Source of the DNA: Takakia lepidozioides
Lineage: Eukaryota; Plantae; Bryophyta
Assembly (NCBI GenBank): GCA_030704615.1
Contig: CM060734.1
Location: forward strand, 21,452,001 to 21,516,000
DNA: 64,000 nucleotides
Reading direction: 5' to 3'
This document shows positions 22,127-34,164 of this stretch, in pieces (position 1 is the first letter of the stretch; each line of letters begins with the position of its first letter). Made by a program: the position numbers and the translations under genes. The notes beneath the pieces are model-generated. The model made no database searches and was not told where the DNA came from. It saw only the letters and a program-made list of their open reading frames with translations.

Positions 22127-25100
22127 CTGGGAGCGTGTGGAGGTAGGATTCCTCCTCACCTGATTATTCGGCCTGGATGAACGGATGTAGGATGTAGCTT
22201 GGATTAACTTACGCTTTATATAATGAGGATGAGCTGGATACAGCTTAGGGTTTAAATATAGATCTATCTTATTCTAATAGCTAGTTTAGGATCAGATTAG
22301 GATGGAACTAGATGATGTGGCCTCTTTCTATGGTTATGGTGGAACGACATCTGGCTACCTTGTGTGTATGCGCCATGTGGCCTTGGGATTAGATTATGCC
22401 CTAGTACTATTTAAACCGGAGTGTCGTGGCAAACGGGGTGGTGGATTTGATCTCAACAGTGTACGGGTGTGGCGTTGACTAGTGTACTTGAGTGCTTGCA
22501 TGAATGTGGTGTTGAGGCAGTGGATGTTAGAGTTCGTTGTGTCCTCTATGTGAGATTCCGTCCTCTTGGCCAGGCATGCGTTATAGACTACATTCCCGCT
22601 TTATCAATCTAAGCCGGTAGAGGAAGGGGGATAACCCCCTGGCGCCGGAATCGTGGTGGAGATGCGGGGTAACAAAATTTGTTAGCAGGGAATGTATGTT
22701 GTACGAGGCACCTGAACGTCAATAGATTGCGGTGGCAGTGTGCATGATTAGAAGGACGGAAGAAGGCAAAATGGCGCTCAGTGTGTGCAGTGTTGAGAAG
22801 AGCGCGAGTCTTTCTGTCTGTGCTTTCGTGCAATCTGTGAACTTTACGATTTTGAGTCATGGCGTCCAACTCTGAGCATGGGTGGTTTGATCCTGAGCAG
22901 TTCCCGTTCCCTCTCGCCGGTCAGACGCGCGACTTGGAGGCAGTGTACATTCACAAGCTCCTCCGCAACTTGCAGTCCGAGCATTGTGTCTACGTTGATT
23001 ATCCCGAAGGAGAGCCCCTCCCGTGCCCTAAGTTGCCACTGGATACACCATCCGAGTTCTGGGCGCAAACTTTTGAGGAGACTGCCCATAAGGAGGCCGC
23101 CAAAGAAGTTCACACCAGGGCGGAGCGCCGTGAACAAGGGCGCCGCATTCACAAGTCTCTGTAGGGAGCCTATGCTGCACGACCGTTGCTTAAGCTGCAT
23201 TCCAAAGAGATCGCTCTTCAAATTCCACTTGCAAATGCCAAGGAACAGCTACACAGGGGAGAATCACTCAGTTGGGTTGTGCTTGGCATTCCTCAATTTT
23301 CTGTGAGCCGTGGGTTGGGCATAGAGCTTGAAAGCTTTCTGCCGCCCAACAAACCGAGCCCTTTGTGGTTGTGGGAACTGGTGAAAGGCGGATCTGCCAT
23401 CGTGCTTGTTAATCTACAACCTAGGATTCCACCGGTTCCAACCCGGGACCCCACCTGGGAAGAGCTTATTTCTGGCATTGCTTCTAACAATTTCCCGTAT
23501 TGTTCCAGTGACATTGTTGTATTTCCAAGGATTTGTTTTCGCCAAGAAAGTGTTGGTCTGTGCAAACCCGCCTCCGGGGAGAGCTATCCCATTCACACCC
23601 TCCTGATTAAAGAGAAGGTCATCCCGTGCATTGTCCGAGTTACTTTCTAGCTCAAGAACGAGAAGGCGCAATTCCTTGGTGAAGGCGTGTACCTGCTATA
23701 TAAGCACCGCTACATCACTTCCCACTATGTGTCTGGGTGGGAATCGTATCTCAGTGCCCCTTCCAACAAGTAGTTGTGTTTCATTACTTCATGCAACTAC
23801 AAGAGATCCTGGCTTTTTTTACATCACGGTAGTTCACACCTGACTTTTCTTACACATAATCTTACATCCCTATAAAATCTCGTTGTTGTAGATTGAGCCA
23901 GTGTAAGAAAAGCCGCTTTGTGTAGACTAGTATACACCAAGCTCACACCTTCTGTGGTCAATGGTCGTTGACCGAGAAGGTGTCGAACAGGCTTATCTCA
24001 CACCAGTGTGAGAATGAGTCATATAGTGTAAGTTAATCGACACAATGGGGGTCAACTATGTAATGTGGCATGCTAACTAGACATGGTATGAGAAAGGTTA
24101 CTGGGCTTATCTTACACTAGTGTGGATTATGCCACATTGGTTGGACACATCGATTAAGGGACTCAGAGGTGGCATGCTGATTAGACATGGTATGAAAAAG
24201 GTTACTGGGCTTATTTTACACCAGTGTGGATTATGCCACATTGGTAGGACACGTGGATAAAGGGACTCAGGTCAACTATATGACTATGCGTATTAACCAA
24301 GGCTTGTCTCACAGTAGTGTGGAGTAAGTCACACTGTCGGTACACGTAGATATGTGAGAATGACAGGTGGCAAGTAGAGATAATTTAGCTCATATGAGCA
24401 AGTATGGATGATTTAGCTCATATCTGTGCAGTGCAAGAGACATGGGAGAGGTGGGGCAAGAGACATGCCTAGTCTAGCACCTTTCGGACAATATTGTAGA
24501 GAGGTCGTGGGCCTCGTGAAGTATCTCGAATGTGTGAGAAATCATGTTGCATGACTGTGACGGTATATATAACTATGACTAGACGTGTCACACTCTTTAT
24601 ATTTCAAAGTTGTTATGTGTATATACAATCAAACCACTTATGTTGTGCATGTGTGTAATAGGTGTGTTGGTTAGTGTATAGTGATTTAATGATGCTATAA
24701 TGAGGAGGTCTTAGGTTCAAGTGTCTATTGTCCAGTAATGTGTGGGATGGTGTGCGGTCAACCGTTGACCTGGGATGGGGCGGGGTCAATGGTAAACGCA
24801 TGACGTTCTTGCTGTTGCTAACACGACCAACGGCACGCGGCCTGACAGTGTTGCCTTGCCAGCGTCGCCACTCCCTGAGCCAACTGCTTGTATTCCGGCC
24901 CTTGTTGTTTCATTGGGTTCTCCTGGTAGTAATGATTATGATAATCTAGATGAGGCAGAGGCGTGGTCGCCAAGGTTTGAGAAATCTGACAGCTCTCTAG
25001 ATAGTTGTGATCCGGAGTACTATAATTTTGACAACTTTGTTGATCCTAAACCTGAGTATTTTGAGAGTAGGCAGCAGGCAGCAGAGTTAGAAAGGGATAT

Positions 25101-27260
25101 CGAGTTGTCGCAAGAAGTGGATGATATGTTGTGTGAGATATGTGATGAGGATCAGCTTTCGTTTGAGAGTATAGAAAGGGCTGTCGTGGGTGACCTTGCT
25201 GCATTAATCAGTCATCACGAAGCCCTGTTCACAAGACCTTTGCTTGAGCCTGGTGCGGTGGTGTCTAGGGCCAGACAACTTGCTAGGACAGAATTTGAGT
25301 TACGTAATGAAGAACGTTTGCCGTCTAGAACAATTAAGTCGCATTTCCTGCATCACCAATTGACCTAGTTAGAAGTGGGTTTGTATTTGCCTCTCTCTGG
25401 TGTTCGAAGTGGGGAGCTTCATCAGGGCCCTGGTTTGGTGGGGCGAAGGTGGTTGTCGTTGATGTTACAAGGCACGGGGGCTCTGATCTTGAGGGCGTTA
25501 CGGTTTCAGCTCCGACCTTGCGCCTTGGCGCCTACTTATTCACAGTTGGTTGATGGTTTGAAGGGTGGGGCCTTGACAGTGCAGTCATCTGATCTAATAG
25601 TCTTGGGTGTGGGTACTACTTTTGCTTCACAGCGGGTGGTTCGCCCGAGTGCGTTTGAGAGCTTGAATGACTATTCGAACTCGGCTGTGCTTTTGCGCAC
25701 GTGAAGAGATGGTGACACTGCCCGCGTAGGTTTTTGGCTTAAGGAAGCTTACGGCTGGGAGTGGCTGGCATTGGGAGTCTACGAGCTGCAGTCACACAAG
25801 GTGCTGAAGGTTGTGTATTGTTCCACTTGGGTTCCAGAGGTCAGCTCCCCGAGCGCTCGGCCCACTCTCCATATCCCTGCTGCTTAAAGGTTAACTTTCC
25901 AATCTACTTTCATTTCTTGCATGCTAGGTGATTCTAGAACTACTTGGCTGAGATCAGGAAGGCAGAGGTCCATGAATAGTTCAGGGGAGCCGCTGGCCGA
26001 AGGTGTAGTAGAAATGAACGAGGGATAGGACAACCTGCAGGCAGGTAATTTCGGGGCCAATGATGATGAATTTTTGAACGATGGTACGTTGACACCGGTC
26101 GTAGAGTCCCCAGCTGGTATTGCGTTGGTAGATGAGGGTTCTGGGATAGCCAACCCCGAGGGTCTCTCTGTTTATGTTCAAGGTGATGAAGCCATGATGG
26201 CTAGACAAACCAAGCCTACGCTGGCTCGGGAATTGATCGGTCTACCCTCCCATCCTGTTCATATTCAGGGGGTAGACAGGTCTGGTTCGGATGTTTGGGC
26301 TACTATGAGCGGTATGCCGACCCCAGTGACGAGTACGATGCATGTACCTGTGATTAGTCTCCCTAATCCCACTCTTGGGGGAGGGACTAGTTCTTTGAAT
26401 TCAAGGCAAGAGGTCAATCATCTACCAACCCTACCTCTCTTGTACCAACTCAAGTTGTTTTATCTACTAACTTTAAGGCCTTGCATTGTCCTCTGAGCAG
26501 ACGAGCTGCTGACCAGCAGATCAATCCCCTTGTGGCTCATTGTCACATCCATGAGCTAAGCTTTCCTTGCGTGATTGATACAGGATGCACCATATCTGCC
26601 ATACCTTTGAGTGTAGTAAGAGTCCTTAGTCTTAAGCTATGCCCTGCTTCAGGAATTGAGGTTTTGATTGCTGATGGGTCAAGATATGAGCCTTTGGGAC
26701 TAGTTACTGTGCCCATCAGGATTCACAAGAAAGAGGTGGTGATAACCTGCATAGTTACAATTGGGGAACAATTCCTGCTAGGCCTTGACTGGATGACTGG
26801 AGCTGGTGCCACCATCAGCCTGGCAAACTATTCCCTTCACTTTAGCAATGGTGAAGGACATGAGATTATGGTCCCCTTGAAAGCAGTGAAAATCAAGGCT
26901 GGGTCTGCTACGGCCAATCTATCCAGAGTCCAGGCCATGGTCAAAGAGGTACAACAAAACTATCATTCCAACCTCTATTGGAATGATTTTTACAAATTTC
27001 AGCCTGATCTTCAACTCTTATATCAATGGCATGTTCCTAGTGCTGGTGGTAAAATAGGGATGCCCATAGCTGTTCCATGGAATTCCACCCTAATTCGTGC
27101 ACCTCTCAACGTAACCATCCCTGCCATGACCCAGAAAGTGGTCAAATATGGCATGGCCTTCCTCTGTCCAGCTGCTCACTTCTTGGAAGTTGAAGGATAG
27201 AGGAGACTGACTGCCCTTAAGCATTGCCTGGTGGCCACATGTGTTATAGATAGGGACCCA
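22127..27260 (+). mobile_element. Unclassified decayed element family D, copy 1: orphan ORFs plus aspartic protease and dUTPase-like start
   Basis: ORF 22859-23650 (one in-frame stop), long frame 24856-26496 with stops, protease VIDTGC...LLGLDWM (26481-27200), then NVTIPAMTQKVVKYGMAFLCP. Paralogous to 52453-53316. Boundaries are approximate. Confidence 0.6.
24065..24270. repeat. About 104-bp tandem duplication, with related ggctt-cac-agtgtg motifs at about 23990 and 24301
   Basis: gtggcatgct...gggactcag is present twice in tandem. Confidence 0.85.
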
Positions 27261-27671
27261 ATTGTAGTGATTGGGGCGCGCGGTTGGTTCAAGGTTATCT
27301 TCCTCGTCAAAGAGGGTTCGAGGTGAACCCTTGCTCAAGGTGATGCCAAAAGCGGCATCATGAGCGGTTGCAAACAATGTTGTTGCAGTAAGGCGATTCG
27401 ATCCTCGGGGAGGATCGTTCCTTGGCCTTGAAGTAGGCCAAGAAGAGTGCACTGGGAGGAGCTTGAGAGGCTGCACCCTTGGCCGAGACTTGGAGGAAGT
27501 CGGCCGAACTAGCTAGTGGAGAGTAGAGTCAAGTGTGGGGTTTGGTTCTTTGCCATGGGACGTCATGGTACGGAAACAAACTCCTTGATGTGGGACGCCA
27601 CAACTTGGATGTTCGTTTCCACAAAATGGACAAGACAATGAGGACATCGACTCCCTGTTGGTAGGGGTGTG

Positions 27672-28398
27672 TGTCGCGGCCCTTTGCCTTGAGGGCAGGG
27701 GGTCAGGACACAAGAGGGGCTGCCCCTGTGGTGGGGGCAGTGGCAGCGATAGGTATGGGGGGCTGAAGCACCCTTGAGTGCCCAAGACACTCAAAGAGGC
27801 GGAGGCGCTCACTAGGTGGAGCCCCGCACACCGGGTTGCGGTGGGGGTGGCTCCACAAGGGGTGGTGGTAGCTTAGCGGGACTTAGTGGGGGTGGCATAG
27901 GACTCACCTTGGGGCGGAGACCTCGTGGTGGGAGTCGTGGGGAGTCTTGGGACTCATCACGGTCCATAGGGGCCGTGGTGGGTGGGCCAAGACTCACCGC
28001 GACTCATCACCGGGAGTTGAGGGTGTTCGTGGTGGTTCGCCATAAAATGGCATGGTTGTTTGTGAAACCCCCGCGGACAGCTACAGATGTATATATATAG
28101 GGAATAGTAACCCCAAGAACGGTGCAAGCCCGTTGGTGACCAAAAACTAGTGAGTAAGCGAGCGAGCCGGAAAGCGACCAAAGAGTGGGGAGCTGTTCCG
28201 GACTGCCAACTACCAAAGGGAATTCCGCTGGTTCCAAATCGTTGGAGGGTTCTTTGGGAGATCAAAGGGGGACCGTTATGCCCCTGTGAGTAGCCGGAGC
28301 TCCAAGTTGGCATGGCGGCCAGGTTGGGAGTTAGGCGCGCGCATCAAGCGAGTATCTATGACTTGAGGGGGGAGCTTACCGAAGTGAGGTGCGCGACA
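27672..28398 (+). repeat. Solo LTR, family C (727 bp)
   Basis: tgtcgcggccc...ggtgcgcgaca is the reverse complement of the LTR at 51727-52452. No PBS or PPT is adjacent. Confidence 0.92.
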
Positions 28399-31300
28399 AT
28401 GTGTCCTTGAAGTACCCCTGAGTTCACACAGAAAGTACATTTTTCTGGATTCAGACTCAGACCTCTCATTCTGCATCTGGCCAAACATAATTCCAACTTC
28501 TGCAAGTGCTCATTCTTAGAGCTGTACACACTGAAGTCATCTAAGAACACTTGCATGAAATCATCCAGATACTCGTGGAAGGATTCACTTATCACTCTCT
28601 GAAAAGTTGCTGGTGCATTACAAAGTCCAAAAGGCATGACTTTGTATGCATAAGCACCCCAGTCTGTGATGAAAGCTGTCTTTCCCTAGTCTTCTTCCGC
28701 AACTTGCACTTGGTTATATCCACTGAAGCCATCCATGAATGAGTACATCTCATGGCCTGCCACAGTGTCCAGTACCACTTTTGTGAATGGCAAGAGAAAG
28801 GGATCTTTATTTGTACAAGCATTCAACTTCTTATAGTTCACACAAACTCTCAGTTTGCTATTCTTCTTGGGAACTATCACAATGGGTGACAACCAAGTTG
28901 TATAATCTATTGGGTATATGAACTTAGCCTCAGCCAACTTCTTGATCTCTTCCCCAACCTTCTGTGAATAGTTGGGATTCATCCTGTACCTTGCCTGTTT
29001 AATTGGTACTGACCCTGGTTCCAGTTCAATCTTATGCTGGAAAATCTCAAGGGGTATCCCATGTAAATACATCCTTGTATTTGATAAACAGGCTCTTAGC
29101 CTCCTCAAAGAACTCTGGCTCCAAGTCAGCTCCTACTTTCACCATTCTGGGTTCCTCCTCAGTTCCCACATTCACGTCTCTCACCTGCTCTTCAGCTGTG
29201 ATTGTCCATCCAGCCACTACTTCATCCTGTAAACTCACAGTGGCTGGTTTATCTAGGATTTCCATTTCTCCCTCTCTTTCCTCATAGAAATGTGGTGGGT
29301 AACTACTTGTTTCCCCCTCAATTGGTGTTGCTGTCACTACACCACAACAGATACCTTTAAAACAACTTAGGCCTCCCAGTTGCATTTCTGCAACCTGCTC
29401 CCACTCTGGGTGCGCAGCAAACAGGGTAGCTTCCTGCTCCTCATCAAGTCCTCCCCTCCAATCATACTCTCTGACTCCACGAGGTCTTCTGGTAGCAGGT
29501 AGCCTACTAGATTTCCTAGTGGTGACTTGTATCTTGTGCTTCCCATCATGCACAATCAGTAACTGGGAATTCCAGTCATGGAATACCCTGGCCTGTTTCA
29601 GCCATGGTCGACCCAGCAATAAGGAATAAGCTTCCATGACATCATCCATTTTCAACACAGTCACTGTGATCTTAAAAATCATCTCTTGGATCTGTATCTT
29701 TACTCCTCTTATCAAGCCTAAAGGCTGTACACTCCTTTGATCTGCCATTGTTACTGTAAATGGGGCTGGTTTCATGTTACTCAGACCAAGTTTCCGCCTT
29801 AATTGGTCTGTCATAATATTCACTCCCGAACGTCCATCTATCAGTACATCGGTCAAGTCTGTGCTCCCAATTTTCAATTGGATTACTGGCATAGAATCAT
29901 CAAAGTCCGTGACTATTTCTCGCCCTTCAGGCCTCACATTATAACTTGTCACCTTGCTATTCAGGTCTGTGTTTTCTGTCACATGAGCAATCTGATTAAT
30001 TGCTTGATACAGCCTGTGCCTACAATGAGGTGCCACAGCCAATAGCTGTCCAATGGTAATCTCAACTTTGGTCTGGCATATTACTTCAACCAAAATCCCT
30101 TCACTACTCTGCACTTGTGCAGCTTCTTTCTTCACTTCATCTTCACCCTCTCCATCTTCTCTATCAGAGTCAGAAGTATCTGCCATAGGGATATCAGTAT
30201 TCTTCTGCATTTCCCTTATGGTGTCAGTCACTTCCCTGTGTAGTTCCTTCTCATCTCTCCAAGCCTCATCATCTTCAGTCACATCATTGCCATCCTCATT
30301 ACCATCTTCTTCCTCATCCACTGGAGGTGTTAGTTTAGCTTTGCTTCTGGTTACTATCATTGTACTTACTTCTGGTACAAAACATGGCCTAACCATGTGA
30401 GCTGCCACCACTGGGCCCTCATTCACAGGAGCTCTCATCTCATTCTAGTGTCTAATCCAGAATGGACAGGTTGCTTTACGATGTCCTGCCTGATTACAAT
30501 AGTAACACAGTTCTTCACCATTGGGTCATCGCCCTTGGTCTGCTCTGGGATTATTTCTATAATCCTGATTCTCTGGCTGGTAATTTCCCCTGGAATTACC
30601 CTGATGGTTGCCTCTGGGATTTCCTTGGTAATTCCCTCTTGGATTACCTCTCCCCGTCATACCATTAATATATCCATCAGGCCTACCATAGTGGTCCTGA
30701 TCATTGTTTCTTCTTGGCTGGGGCTACACTTGATGCACCCTCACTTGCCTAGGTTCTCTTGCAGTTGTCCTTCTGTTGTAATAACAATTCTCAATAGAAT
30801 GGTGATCCATTTTATAGATAGTACAGTGTTTCTCCTTCATGTGACATTCAGCTGTGGTATGGCCTTTATTCTGGCATTTTGCACACCAAACACCCTTCCT
30901 CCAATGTGTTGCAGCCTCTGTGGCATACTTCTTCAAGATCTCCTCCAGTCTTTTCTCATAGTTTTCCCTCTTCAACTTCTCCTTTTTCTTACTATTCCTT
31001 TTGAGCTCTTGCTCTTCTTCTTCATTTGACTCATCCTCAGAGTCCTCATCATCCCTTTTATCTATTCTGAGCATTCTCAATTGCTCAATCATGTTGGCTG
31101 TTTCAAATGCCTCCTCCACTGTATTATGGGGTAACATATCCATTTTCTTTTGCAACTCTGGTCTTAGTCCACTCACAAACCAGGTCTTCTGTAACCCTGG
31201 CGCTGGTACAGCAGCCAGCTTTTTCATCATTAACTCCATCTTTTCCATGTATTCCTCAACAGTTTCATGCTTCTTTTGCCTTAACTGTTGTAAACTTCCA

Positions 31301-32421
31301 TACACTTCATCCTTAGTTTTGTTTGTCCTGAACCTGTTTTGGAATGCCGTACTAAGGCCATTCCAGGTTAGGAAATGATTATCTGGAAATCTTGCATACC
31401 ATTCACCTTCTTTCTTGATAAGTGAACAAGGAAACAGTCTCATCTTGACATCATCTCCACTCTCATTGTTCACAATACACATGTGCTCAAATTGGCTAAT
31501 GTGTACATCAGGATCCCCTTTCCCTACATATATTGGAAAATGTGGTTTTGCCCGTGTTGGAGGTACCGCCATCTGTGGCCCTACACCCTGCCCTCTGGCA
31601 GGTGCTGGTCCTCTTGTTGGTGCTGGTCCTTGAGCACTCCCTGCTACTGGCCCCTCTATACTCACAGTATTCCCAGCTCCAGTTGCACTACTTCCCACAC
31701 TCCCTGTCCCCCTAGAGCCAGATCCAAGCACTACTTCCCACACTCCCTGTCCCCCTAGAGCCAGATCCAAGCTTCCCGCCTGATCACCCTGAGCCGACAC
31801 CTTCGTTGGCCTGTGATTCAAGTGCTCCACTTGATCCAGGTCCAACGGGTTGGGATGTCCTGGTTGTAGTTTCAACCTCAACTGTTGGGTCTACTTCTTC
31901 ATACTCCTCATCTTCCAAATTCTTCTCTCTGTTTTCATCTTCCAAGTTCTTTTCTTGGATTTCTTCTTCCTCACTCATGTAACTCAACTGGAGTGGTGTG
32001 GGAGAGTCTGAACTCTCCGTTGGTTCTGTCACATCTTCCTCTCCATCTTTATCTTGTAATTCAGAAACTGGAGTTCCTGCCTTTGGTGTCCCATGCCAAC
32101 TCTTATCAAAGATTTCAATCAAATCCTTGATCCAGGGATGTACCTCAGATCTCTCCCCTCGTGGTTGATCTTCTTCTTGTACCAAATCCCTTAATCTTTC
32201 TTGTAAAGAATAAGAAGGAGTGGCATCCAACTCTGGTTCCTCCGGTATGGGTGATGTACTCTTCAATCTTAATGGTGTGAGAGGTCCAGACGATTCTCCT
32301 ATGTCTATTCCTCTCTCCCAAAGATATGGATAATTAGCTTTCAAATAACTTTCTCTTTTTGCTGAATATCTGTGAAGTCTAGCTTCTCTTTCATCACTCA
32401 TGTCCCATGTCTTTCATATCT

Positions 32422-33000
32422 TCAATGAGGCAATAACCAAAACTCTCTTCTATAGTATCTCTCGTATATGCCTGGGTTTCTTTCAAGCTTCAATGCACCC
32501 TTGGCTATACTAAAAGTCTCTGTTACCATATAACCATATGGCAAGCACGTCTGAAAAGCTGTTCTTGGTGTCAATTTGATCCACAGGATATCCTTAGGAA
32601 TCCAATTCTTTACCAGTACCAACTCTTCATGCATATGAGTGTAAACATTCACTTTCCGTTCCTCCCAGCCTTCAAACTCCACTCGTTTTATGGATAGCAA
32701 CGCTATCACATAAACCAGCGTTGGTAACCAACTTGCTCTCCCTCTACAGGCCACTTGATAAATCTTTATCACTCCTTTCTCCAGACCCCACTCAGGATCT
32801 GCATCATGCACTCTCTTAAGAATGTTTTCTTTGCAACCGTCTGGCAATTCCAAGAATCTCTGAAAGAATTGCTTAGACAACCTTTCTTTCTCAGTTCCAT
32901 AGGGAATTTGATTCACATCAAATTCTTTAATTCTCCAACCACCATGATCCCACCAGATGCTTGTCACATCTGGTTGTTTTTGACCCAGTATGATTGCCAA
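32422..33000 (-). CDS. Extra 5' ORF (192 codons) of unknown function, family B
   Basis: Uninterrupted frame that opens at the PBS (TTG, not ATG). Homologous to 1150-1745. Confidence 0.65.
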   Translation of the reverse strand: MAIILGQKQPDVTSIWWDHGGWRIKEFDVNQIPYGTEKERLSKQFFQRFLELPDGCKENILKRVHDADPEWGLEKGVIKIYQVACRGRASWLPTLVYVIALLSIKRVEFEGWEERKVNVYTHMHEELVLVKNWIPKDILWIKLTPRTAFQTCLPYGYMVTETFSIAKGALKLERNPGIYERYYRREFWLLPH

Positions 33001-33001
33001 A

Positions 33002-33802
33002 TGTCGAGCGGCTTTTATTCACCCATCCCTTCACTATCCGAGGAGGGAACTCCAAGATAGAAGAGTTGGATATCTCTAAGCACTCAACCTGCTCAGAACA
33101 ATCAGTCATGACCTATATCTAGTGTATCATGGTAGTGCTTCTTGTTTGTATTCCTTCTTGCCTTCATATCAACAATCTACCAAGTTCTGATTGCTCAACC
33201 ATTCATTCCACAGCTTCACTCAGTTCTCTCTACACTCCGCCTGATCTCCTTTGCTCATGATCAAGAAGTGCTCCCCGAAAAGTGATCCCATTCCTGTTGC
33301 TGCTCTGCCTAATCTACCTGCAAGCTGTTCTAACCGCTTAACTAACTAACTGTCACCCCTGAAGTAACACGTTCCCTCTGTAAATGTTGTTCCCACACAG
33401 TCGTTCCCTGCTAGTGATAACCATTCCCTATGTACGCTATGACGGGCTGTGCCAAGTTGTGTCGGGCTGTGACTGTGCCAAGCTATGACTGGCTGTGTCG
33501 GATTGTGTCGGCTGTAACTGGCTGTGTAAAGCTGTGTCGGGCAGTGTCGTGCTGTGTCGGGCTATGACTGGCTGTGCGAAGCTGTGCCGAGCTGTGATAG
33601 ACTGTGACTAACTGTGATTGACTGTGATTGACTGTGTAAGGCTGTGTCGGAGTGTGTAAGCCTGTCTACCACCCCTAAAGCCTGTGTCTGTCACCCCTAA
33701 GGCCTCTGTTGGTCTAAGTCTACCATCCGTAAGTCTGCACAAAAATTAAGGGTACCCCACAGAGCCCATAAAAGTGTCTAAGTCCTAGACAGCCCTCTAA
33801 CA
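33002..33802 (-). repeat. LTR family B (about 801 bp) with internal GCTGTG/CACAGC array
   Basis: TG..CA ends. Its termini are the reverse complement of those of 49617-50558. Confidence 0.9.
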
Positions 33803-34164
33803 GCAGGGTGACGAATTTCCGAGCACTTCTGTGGAATTCTGTTTGGGTGAGGCCTGCCATTGGACAACAATGGATACTTGTTGTGCAAGATAGACCTGGA
33901 AGACGAAATGTTCATCTCTTCATCATGAGATGTTGCTGCGGCGAGTTCTTGAGGTCTTACTACCATAACTATACTGCACCTCCACAATATTTGCTCCCGG
34001 ATAGGGCTCTTGAGTTGTTCACTCACTCTTCTGGGCCAAGGAATATATTGTTGACACTAAGGGAGAATCTGAACAGGTTTGTCCTGGATGTTTGCGCATT
34101 TCACAACGCTGTGGAGGAGCTCCCACCTGGCTTCCAATATCTGCATGTTTTCACGAACCTGACC

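Larger units (their letters stand above)
28399..33802 (-). mobile_element. Ty3/gypsy family B, 5' half (LTR, PBS, extra ORF, gag, PR, RT), truncated within RT
   Basis: LTR 33002-33802; PBS tggcaatcatactggg; ORF 32422-33000; gag 30724-32401 (CAKCQNKGHTTAEC); PR VLIDGRSG...LLGRPWL (29047-30438); RT MDGFSGYNQ, PFGLCNAP, FLDDF. Confidence 0.9.

Noticed and set aside
22660-22700. LTR end plus PBS for family D
   Set aside because: ...ggggtaaca looks like an LTR end, but the following tttgttagcaggg is not a clear tRNA complement and no second LTR copy is in the window.
27816-28313. ORFs inside family C LTRs (also 34945-35232, 52078-52308)
   Set aside because: GC-rich LTR sequence gives recurrent short frames with variable ends and no protein-like conservation.
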